In this document: piece after piece, positions 21,568 through 29,192 of the stretch | Layout of the letters: each line of letters opens with the position of its first letter | How positions within the stretch are numbered: position 1 is the first letter of the stretch | Source: Candidatus Eiseniibacteriota bacterium | GTDB taxonomy: Bacteria > Eisenbacteria > RBG-16-71-46 | NCBI GenBank assembly: GCA_044222065.1 | Contig: JBGAOA010000004.1 | Location: 1-64,000 of the forward strand | DNA length: 64,000 nt | Direction of reading: 5' to 3' | The notes under the pieces: model-generated | What the model saw: only the letters and a program-made list of their open reading frames with translations | Databases searched by the model: none | Told to the model about the DNA's origin: nothing | Translations under genes and position numbers: made by a program

Positions 21568-22848
21568 TCAAGCGTTCGCCGCGCTCGCGGCCGGACGCGT
21601 CGTGGATTCGAGGGCGGTGAGCGCGCGATCGAGCGCGCCCACGGCTTCGTGCAGTTCTTCGCTCGTGACGTTGAGCGGCGGCAGCAGCCGGATCGCGCGC
21701 TCGCCCCCGCGCACGAGCAGCAGGCCCTCGCGGCGCGCGGCCGCGACGAGCGCGGGCGGATCGAAACCGGCGTCGGGCTTGAGTTCGATCGCGCGCAGCA
21801 GTCCGAGGCCGCGCGCCTCCGCGAGCGAATCCGCGTGACGGCCGACGAGCGACTGCAGCAGGCCGCCGAGTTCGAGGCCGCTCTTCCGCACGCGGGCGAG
21901 CAGCGTCTTCTTGTTGATCTGCGACAGCATCCAGAGACCGGCCGCTGCCGAGACGGGATTGCCGCCGAACGTGCAGCCGTGCATGCCGGGTCGGAGCGAG
22001 GCCGCGAGTTCGTTGCGCATCAGCACGGCGGCGAGCGGCACGCCGCCGCCGAGCGCCTTGCTGAGCACGGTCACGTCGGGCGTCACGCCGTAGTGCTCGG
22101 CGGCGAGCAGCCGGCCGCAGCGGCCCATGCCGCACTGGATCTCGTCGAACACGAGCAGGCTCCCGAGCGCCGTCGTGCGCGCGCGCAGCGCGAGCAGGAA
22201 GTCGCGCGTCGCGGGCACGGCGCCGCCTTCGCCCTGCACGGGCTCGACGATGACCGCGCACACGCCGTCGTCGAGTACGGCGTCGAGGCCGGGCGCGTCG
22301 TTCAGGTCCGCGAAGCGGATGCCGGGGACGAGCGGCTCGAACGGCTCGCGGTAGCCCGGCGTCCACGTCGCGGACAGGGCGAAGCCGGTGCGGCCGTGGA
22401 AGCCGCCGCGGAACGCGAGGATGTCGCGGCCTTCGCGGCCGCGTGCGCGCGCGTGCGCACGCGCGAACTTGAGCGCGGCCTCGACCGCCTCGGTGCCGCT
22501 GTTGCAGAAGAACGCGCGGTCGTAGCCGGTGGCGTCGAGCAGTGCCGTGGCGTAGGCGACGCCGGGCGGGTGCGCGAACAGGTTCGAGACGTGTCCGAGC
22601 GACTTGATCTGCTTCGCGACGGCGCGCGCGAGCCCCGCCGGCGCGTGGCCGAGCGCGTTCACCGCGATGCCGCTCACGAAGTCGAGATACGTGCGTCCGT
22701 CGGCGGCCGTGACGCGCGCGCCCTTGCCGGAGACGATCTCGAGCCGCGGCAGCGGATAGAGCGGCGCGAGCCGCGCGACTTCCGCCTGAGCGAGCGCGTC
22801 GGCGGGAGGCGCCGCGGGCGCTTCGGGGGTGAGCGTCGCTTCAGACAT
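21568..22848 (-). CDS. argD: Acetylornithine aminotransferase
   Basis: YLDFVSGIAVNALGH, NSGTEAVE, FHGRT, DEIQCG, SKALGGG; arg operon context. Confidence 0.92.
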   Translation of the reverse strand: MSEATLTPEAPAAPPADALAQAEVARLAPLYPLPRLEIVSGKGARVTAADGRTYLDFVSGIAVNALGHAPAGLARAVAKQIKSLGHVSNLFAHPPGVAYATALLDATGYDRAFFCNSGTEAVEAALKFARAHARARGREGRDILAFRGGFHGRTGFALSATWTPGYREPFEPLVPGIRFADLNDAPGLDAVLDDGVCAVIVEPVQGEGGAVPATRDFLLALRARTTALGSLLVFDEIQCGMGRCGRLLAAEHYGVTPDVTVLSKALGGGVPLAAVLMRNELAASLRPGMHGCTFGGNPVSAAAGLWMLSQINKKTLLARVRKSGLELGGLLQSLVGRHADSLAEARGLGLLRAIELKPDAGFDPPALVAAARREGLLLVRGGERAIRLLPPLNVTSEELHEAVGALDRALTALESTTRPAASAANA

Positions 22849-23635
22849 GCACGTTCTCCTTGGAGTGAGCGGTGATGCGCGTGCCGCTCGCGCGGCCCGT
22901 GAGGAGTCCCGCGAGCGTCCCCGGTCCCTGCCAGGCGGCGACGTGAACGCGGCCGACGCCGTGCGTGATCGCCTCGCGCGCGGCGACGAGCTTCGCGGTC
23001 ATGCCGCCCGTCACGTCCGGGTGCGCGAGCGCGCGCTCGAGTGCCGAGGCATCGAGCGACGCCACGACCTCGCCGTCGAGGCGCACGCCGGGTGCGTCGG
23101 AGAGCAGCACGAGCTCCGAGGCGCCGAGCGCGATCGCGATCGCGACGGCGAAGTCGTCGGCGTTGACGTTCAGGAGCGCGCCGTCGAGCGCCGCGAGGCT
23201 CGCGAGCACCGGCGTGCGGCCGCCGGCGAGCAGCGCATCCACGAGCGTGCGGTCCACGCGCGCGACCGCGCCGACCGCGCCGAGTTCGGCGGCGCGCGGG
23301 TGCGGCACGACGTGCGCGATGCCGCCATCGAGCGCCGCGAGGCCGACCGCGTCCACGCCGCGCGCACGAAGTGCGGCGACGAGGCGCTTGTTCGCGAGCC
23401 CCGCGAGCACGGCCGTCGCCACTTCGAGCGTCGGCGCGTCCGTGACGCGCAGGCCCTCCACGAAGCGCGGCTCGATGCCGAGGCGGCGCGACCACTCGCT
23501 CACTTCGGCGCCGCCGCCGTGCACGACGACGCGCGGCCGCGCGAGCGCCGCGAGATCGGCCGCGAGTTCCGCGGGCGCGTTCGGGCCTTCGAGCGCACGG
23601 CCGCCGAGCTTCACGACGAGCGACGCGCTCACCAT
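22841..23635 (-). CDS. argB: Acetylglutamate kinase
   Basis: VVKLGG, VVHGGG, GLRVTD, NVNAD, GGMTAKL. Confidence 0.93.
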   Translation of the reverse strand: MVSASLVVKLGGRALEGPNAPAELAADLAALARPRVVVHGGGAEVSEWSRRLGIEPRFVEGLRVTDAPTLEVATAVLAGLANKRLVAALRARGVDAVGLAALDGGIAHVVPHPRAAELGAVGAVARVDRTLVDALLAGGRTPVLASLAALDGALLNVNADDFAVAIAIALGASELVLLSDAPGVRLDGEVVASLDASALERALAHPDVTGGMTAKLVAAREAITHGVGRVHVAAWQGPGTLAGLLTGRASGTRITAHSKENVHV

Positions 23636-24701
23636 GGGCTCCCGTGCGCGCTGAGCGCCGTCGTCTCGGGCCAGCCGAGCGCGAGATTCAGGTTCTGGAG
23701 CGCCTGGCCGGCGGCGCCCTTCACGAGGTTGTCGATCGCCGCGGTGACGAGCAGGTGCGTGCCGTCGTGCACGGTCGTCACGCCGAGGTCGCAACGGTTG
23801 GACGCCCGCACGGCGCGCGTCTCGGGCCACGCGTCGGCCTCGAGCACCCGCACGAACGGCTCGCCGGCGTAGCGCTCCGACCACCGGGCGCGCGCGGCTT
23901 CGGGAGCGAGCGGGTTCGCGAGCGGCGCGGACGCCGTCAGCAGGATGCCGCGGCTCATCGGCACGAGCTGGGGCGCAAACGCGACCGGGCTCTTCGCCGC
24001 GCCCAGGCGCGCGAGGTTGCGCTGCATCTCGCCCGCGTGCGCGTGCACGGTGCCGACCTTGTAGAACGACGCGCCGCCGTCGAGTTCGGCGAACGAGGTG
24101 CGGAGCTGCGGCGCGCGCCCGGCGCCCGAGACGCCGAGATCGCGCTCACCGTGACGGGCCCCGCGAGCAGGCCGGCTTCGGCGGCGGGCGCGAGCGCGAG
24201 CGTCGCGGCGGTCGGGTAGCAGCCGGGGTTCGCGAGCTTCGTCGCTTCGGCGATGCCGTCGCGCGACACCTCGGGCAGGCCGTACACCCAGCCGTCCGCG
24301 CCGTCGCGATGATCGGACGACAGGTCGAGGAGCCGCGCGGCGCCGAGCAGCGCGGGCGTGGTCGCGAGCAGCGCCTTCCACGCGCCGTGCGGCAGGCAGG
24401 CGACGATCGTGTCGCACGCGCCCGAGGCGACGAGTGCCGCGAGCGCGTCGGGCGCGACGACGTTCGGGAGTGCCAGGCCGCGGCCGTCGATCCCGTGCAG
24501 CAGCTCGACGCCCGGCCGCCCCGCGTGCTCGCGCGACACGAGTGCGGCGATCTCGAGGCCGGGATGCGCGAGCGCGAGGCGCGCGAACTCCTGCCCCGAG
24601 TAACCGCTCGCGCCGAGCACGGCGACTCGCGCGGTCCGCGGCGGTGAAAGCGGTTTCACGCCCGCCGCGCCGGACGCGGCGGTGAACGACGGCGCCGTCA
24701 C
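23629..24701 (-). CDS. argC: N-acetyl-gamma-glutamyl-phosphate reductase, interrupted by a 1-nt frameshift near 24134
   Basis: GASGYSG, DLSSDHR, YGLPE, ANPGCYPT in one frame; GVSGAGR, RGIL, IDNLVKGAAGQALQN in another. Confidence 0.9.
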
Positions 24702-25171
24702 TTCGCGGACCCGCTCGTTCGGCCGGCCAGCGAGTCGAGCTGGCGCTTGAAGCGGCGCGCGGCCGCGTTGTCCTCGAGCACGACGAGGATCGTGTCGTCG
24801 CCCGCGACCGAGCCGACGCAGCCTTCGAAGCGCTGCAGGTCGATCGCGCGCGCGACGCCGTTCGCGTGGCCCGGCGGCGTGATGACGATCGCGAGGTTCT
24901 GCGCGACCCGCACTTCGTTCACGAACGCGCGCAGGTCGAGCGCCTGCCGCTGGCGGTCGAGCGCCTCGAGCGGCGGGCCCGGCAGCTCGTACACCGGCCG
25001 GCCGTCGGAATCCGGGCGGCGGATCACGCCGAGGCTCCGGAGATCGCGCGACAGCGTCGCCTGCGTGACCTCGTGTCCTTCACGGCCGAGCGCCCGCGCC
25101 AGCTCGTCCTGACTCGAGAACGGGCGTGCGCCGAGCAGCCGGGCGAGCGAAGCGAGCCTGCGGGAACGCAA
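24698..25171 (-). CDS. argR: Arginine repressor
   Basis: SSQDEL, VTQATLSRDL, T-PPGHA, VAGDDT; TTG start. Confidence 0.93.
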   Translation of the reverse strand: MRSRRLASLARLLGARPFSSQDELARALGREGHEVTQATLSRDLRSLGVIRRPDSDGRPVYELPGPPLEALDRQRQALDLRAFVNEVRVAQNLAIVITPPGHANGVARAIDLQRFEGCVGSVAGDDTILVVLEDNAAARRFKRQLDSLAGRTSGSAK

Positions 25172-25212
25172 CCGAGTGGCCTCCGGAGCGCGCCGGCCGG
25201 GGGCCGGAGCGC

Positions 25213-25250
25213 AGTGAATAGTTATTCAGCGGAGCGAATAGAAATACACG
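25213..25250. promoter_or_regulatory. Tandem ARG boxes (ArgR operator)
   Basis: AGTGAATAGTTATTCAGC (25213-25230) and AGCGAATAGAAATACACG (25233-25250), 2 bp apart; TTGACG on the minus strand at 25266-25261. Confidence 0.85.
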
Positions 25251-25474
25251 CGCGGGCGCGCGTCAAGAGGAATTCGCGGCACGGCCGGGCGGCGGATGCC
25301 GCGGCGCCCGGCCGGCCGGGGGGACGACAACGCTGCTTCCCGGTGGACGGACGCTCCAGCGCCGAACGCGGGAGCGGCGTGGCGTGCGGCTTGAGCGCGG
25401 GAGCGGGGTGGCGTGCTGCTCGTGCGCGGGAGCCGGGCGCCGCGCGACTCGAACGCGCGGGGGGAGGCGCGGCG

Positions 25475-26134
25475 TCAGCGCTTCGCGAGCGCGCGCACGC
25501 GGGCGAGGTCGAGCGTTCCCTTCGCGCCCCAGCCGCCGGCGCCGGCCGCGACCGCGGGGCGGAACGCCTCGTAGAGGGCGAACGCGCGCGCGGCGAGTTC
25601 CGCGGGCGGGAGCGCCTTCGCGAGCGCCGTCATCGCGGCGCGCGCTTCGGCGAGCGCGGCGCCGAACTTGGATTCGAGGTAGCGCTCGACCGCGGCCGGG
25701 TCGTCGGGCTTGCCGCCGGGCGAGGCGCGGAGCCCATCCTTCGTGCGCACGACGGGGACGCGGCGGCCGAGCAGCTCGATCTCGTCCGGCGCCGCGGCCT
25801 TTCGCCGCTCGGGGTGCCCGGCCTTCGCCGGCTCCTTCGAGGCGAAGATCCCGAGGCGGCGTCCCTTGCTCTGCGCGTTGAGCCCCGCGACCGCGCGCCC
25901 GAGCGTGAGCGCCGCGGCGCGGTCGTGCCCGAGGCGCTCGGCGACGATCGCGGCCCACAGCGTGAGCACTGGCGCGCGGTTGATCGCGATCGCGTCGCCG
26001 CCCGCCGGAGTCGCGGGCGCGGTCGCCGCGCGCGACGGCGCCCGCGCCGCGCGCTTCGCCACGGTCTGCTTCGCCGCAGTCTTCTTCTTCGCCGCCGTCG
26101 ACTTCGCCGCCGTGCGCTTCCTCGCCGCCGTCAT
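25475..26134 (-). CDS. Hypothetical protein with a Lys/Ala-rich N-terminal tail
   Basis: TAAK-like repeats, then a globular region (INRAPVLTLWA...YEAFRP...GWGAKG). Confidence 0.7.
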   Translation of the reverse strand: MTAARKRTAAKSTAAKKKTAAKQTVAKRAARAPSRAATAPATPAGGDAIAINRAPVLTLWAAIVAERLGHDRAAALTLGRAVAGLNAQSKGRRLGIFASKEPAKAGHPERRKAAAPDEIELLGRRVPVVRTKDGLRASPGGKPDDPAAVERYLESKFGAALAEARAAMTALAKALPPAELAARAFALYEAFRPAVAAGAGGWGAKGTLDLARVRALAKR

Positions 26135-26168
26135 GCGCCGATCCTCGGCGCGCGCCGCGGGCACGTCC

Positions 26169-26206
26169 AGAAAAACTTCGAGGGCCGGCGTCGCCGCCGG
26201 CCCTCG
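26169..26206 (-). terminator. Intrinsic terminator
   Basis: CGAGGGCCGGCG/CGCCGGCCCTCG stem followed by AAGTTTTTCT on the minus strand. Confidence 0.75.
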
Positions 26207-26228
26207 TCCCACCTCGAATCGGTGCGGA

Positions 26229-28895
26229 CTACTTCATCCACACCAGCCGGTGGACCGCCGAGCGGCCCTCCGACTCGAGCTTGTAGAAGTACGTGCCGGC
26301 CGCGACCGCGTGGCCGCGATCGTCGCGTCCGTTCCAGCTGAAGTTGTGCGTGCCGGCGCCGAAGTCGCCGCTCGCGAGCGTGCGCACGAGTTCGCCCTGC
26401 AGGCCGTAGATCTTGAGCGTGGCCTTGCCGGCGCGCGGCAGCGAGAAGGCGAGCTTCGTCGTGCCGAAGGCCGGGTTCGGGCTCGCCGGCAGGAGCGCGA
26501 ACGACAGCGCGCCGCCGTTCTCGACGCCCACGAGCGTGTTGACCGTGACGTTGAAGCAGCACGACTGCGTGAGCAGGCCGAGCGTGTTCTTCACGTACGT
26601 GCAGATCGTCACCGTGCCGGCCGCCGCCGTGTCGGGCACCGCGACCGCGTACGCGTTCCCGAACGTGCTCTGCGACGGCACGTTGTTGTAGTTCGTGCGC
26701 GCAGGCATCGGCCAGGCGCGGCTGCACGTCAGGCTGTCGTAGAACGAGCCCGAGAAGATCGGGTTCTGGTTCGTGCCGGTGAAGTTCACGTTCACCGTCG
26801 CGCCGCCGCCCGGCGTCACCGTCGTGTCGTCGGCGCAGCCCGCCAGCGTGTGCCACGTGTCGAGGCGCGCCACGTATACGTCGGGCGTGCCGCCGCGCGC
26901 GTCGGCCCACGTCGGCCGCACGTAGCGCTCGTCGGACGTCGCGTGCAGGTAGTCGCCCTGGTTCGGAAGCAGGTTCGAGAGCGCCGCCGTCCAGTTCGAC
27001 TGCACTTCGGTGAAGCGCTGGTTGCCGACCCACGCCACGCCGCCGTTCGGCGAGCGCGTGCCGTACTGGTGCGAGCGTCCGCCGCAGACGTGGTCGCGCC
27101 AGTCCATCCAGTGCACGTAGGGGTAGCCGTCGGGGCCGACCGCGACCTCGGGCAGCCAGTTGTCGTAGTACGGGCCGTCGTCGTTCACGCGCACCGGCGT
27201 GCTCCACGTCGTGCCGTTGTCGGACCACGCCACCATGACGTCGCGCTGGTCGCGGCCGGGCTCGGCGCCGGTCGCGAACGCGCTCGTGCGCACGCGGTAG
27301 TTGCCCGACGTGCCGCCCGTCACCCACGCCATGCGCACGTAGAACGTGTCCGTCGCGGGCGCCGTCCACACGTACAGCGACTGCGTGTTCGAGGGTCCGA
27401 ATGGCGAGCCCGCGTACGCGAGGTTCGTCGTCGTGTCCGCGCCGCACTGGATGCGCATCGTGTACCAGGGGCGAATGATCGTGGAGTCGCACCAGAAGAA
27501 GTAGTTCTGGCCCTGCACCGCGCCGAACTTGAAGTAGTCCACGTCGTTCGACGACAGCGTGCCGCGCAGCGTGGTTCCGATCGTGAACAGGTTCGCGCGA
27601 CGGTAGAAGTTGTCGTTCTCGACCGAGACCTTCGAGCCCGTCGAGACGATCGGGTCGTCGTAGTAGTTGAACGACTCGTTGTAGGTCACGTACACGCGGC
27701 CGCGATACGGGCCGTTCGTGCGGTCCACCGCGATGGACGGGAACTGGATGCCGCGTTCGCGGTTGAAGCCCGGGGCGCCGCCGCCGTAGTTCGTGAAGAA
27801 GCTCGCGGCCTGCACCGGCGCGCCGAACGACACGCCCTGGTTCGTGGACTTCGCGACGCGCACGAAGTCGGCGTCGATGCTGCCGATCTCGTAGAACGCG
27901 ACGTACACCTCGCCGTTCGCGCCGACGATCGGACGCGAACCCTGCACGAGTCCGGCCGAGGCCGCCGAGTTGAGGATCGTCGAGCCGCTCCACGTCGTGT
28001 TGTCGTCGGTCGAGCGATGGAAGCAGATCGAGTCGTCGGCCGCCGTGAACAGCGTGTAGCTCACGTACAGGTTGCCCGTGACGGGATCCACGGCGCCCCA
28101 CTCCTTGTCCACCGCGCGCGTCGTGCCGTTCGTCTCGCGCACCTTGCGCGGCGTGCCCCACGTGAAGCTCGGGCCGGAGAACGTGCCGCCCACGACGCCG
28201 ACGCCGTTGACGAGCTGACCGACCGGGTCCCAGTAGAGGCTGATGAAGTAGAACTTGCCGTTCGTCGGGTTCACGATCACGACGGGGTCGCTGATCCACT
28301 CCATGCCGGCCGGAGCGGGCACGCCGCCGCCATCGGTGAACGAGAGTCCGCCGTCGGTCGAGTAGCCCCAGCCCTGCGCCTCGGCGCCGCCGTCGTTCCA
28401 TGCCACGAGCACGTTGTTGCCGAGCGAGGCGATCGCCTCTTCGCTCTGGCACGCGCCGACCGGGTCTCCGGCGGTGTTGTTCGCGCGCACGTTCGCGGGA
28501 ATGGTCATCGTCTCGAACGGGTTCGCGGCGAGTTCGGCGGCGATGCGCTGCAGGCGCTCGGCGTTCGACGGCAGCAGGCCGGCCTCGCGGGTCACGGGCT
28601 CGAGCGGCTTCGCGCGATTCGCGCCCTTCTTCTTCAGCGCGCGCGCCATCTCGCGCATCTTCTCGCGGCGCTCGCGCAGCTCCTTCGGCCGTTCGCGCAG
28701 TTCGGCGCGGAAGCTCTCGCGCATTTTCGAGATCTGGAGCGCCTTCAGCGCGGCGCGCGTGGCGGCGGCGTCGGAGATGACCTCGGACTGGACGGCGCCG
28801 TTCTGCGCCGCCGCGAGTCCGGGCAGCGCGAGCGCCGCGGCGAACGCGGCCGCGAGCAGTGTGGAAGGTCGGAGACGGAACGAGCGAAGGTGCAT
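26229..28895 (-). CDS. Secreted BNR/Asp-box (sialidase-like propeller) protein with an inserted PPC-like domain and an FlgD-Ig-like tail
   Basis: YSTDGGLSF, RSTDDNTTW, KSTNQGVSF, RSPNGGVAW; PNPAF...WNGRDDRG..VAAGTYFYKL; GGAGGAG RBS. Confidence 0.82.
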   Translation of the reverse strand: MHLRSFRLRPSTLLAAAFAAALALPGLAAAQNGAVQSEVISDAAATRAALKALQISKMRESFRAELRERPKELRERREKMREMARALKKKGANRAKPLEPVTREAGLLPSNAERLQRIAAELAANPFETMTIPANVRANNTAGDPVGACQSEEAIASLGNNVLVAWNDGGAEAQGWGYSTDGGLSFTDGGGVPAPAGMEWISDPVVIVNPTNGKFYFISLYWDPVGQLVNGVGVVGGTFSGPSFTWGTPRKVRETNGTTRAVDKEWGAVDPVTGNLYVSYTLFTAADDSICFHRSTDDNTTWSGSTILNSAASAGLVQGSRPIVGANGEVYVAFYEIGSIDADFVRVAKSTNQGVSFGAPVQAASFFTNYGGGAPGFNRERGIQFPSIAVDRTNGPYRGRVYVTYNESFNYYDDPIVSTGSKVSVENDNFYRRANLFTIGTTLRGTLSSNDVDYFKFGAVQGQNYFFWCDSTIIRPWYTMRIQCGADTTTNLAYAGSPFGPSNTQSLYVWTAPATDTFYVRMAWVTGGTSGNYRVRTSAFATGAEPGRDQRDVMVAWSDNGTTWSTPVRVNDDGPYYDNWLPEVAVGPDGYPYVHWMDWRDHVCGGRSHQYGTRSPNGGVAWVGNQRFTEVQSNWTAALSNLLPNQGDYLHATSDERYVRPTWADARGGTPDVYVARLDTWHTLAGCADDTTVTPGGGATVNVNFTGTNQNPIFSGSFYDSLTCSRAWPMPARTNYNNVPSQSTFGNAYAVAVPDTAAAGTVTICTYVKNTLGLLTQSCCFNVTVNTLVGVENGGALSFALLPASPNPAFGTTKLAFSLPRAGKATLKIYGLQGELVRTLASGDFGAGTHNFSWNGRDDRGHAVAAGTYFYKLESEGRSAVHRLVWMK

Positions 28896-29192
28896 TTCTC
28901 CTCCGGGGGTGGGATCGGTGCGGGCGCGAGGGTAAACGTGTTCGAGAGTGGCAATCCCGGGGCCAGCCCGCGCCGGTCGAGGGAGCTGCGAATACCGCGT
29001 TTTCTGCGGCCTTTCGAGCCCCGTGGGTTCGACGGGTACGACGACGCTACTCGACGGGGACTGTCGGACTGCGGCTTTCGACCCAGCGGAAGGGCCTGAG
29101 CGCGCGGGGAATTCTACGACAAGGCCGCCCGGGACGCCGAAAGGAAATCGGGCGGCCGCGGCGTGCGACCGCCCGAATCCGGAACTCCCGGG

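Noticed and set aside
24125..24145. Programmed ribosomal frameshift in argC
   Set aside because: No slippery heptamer, and a simple GGG to GG loss in a conserved motif explains it.
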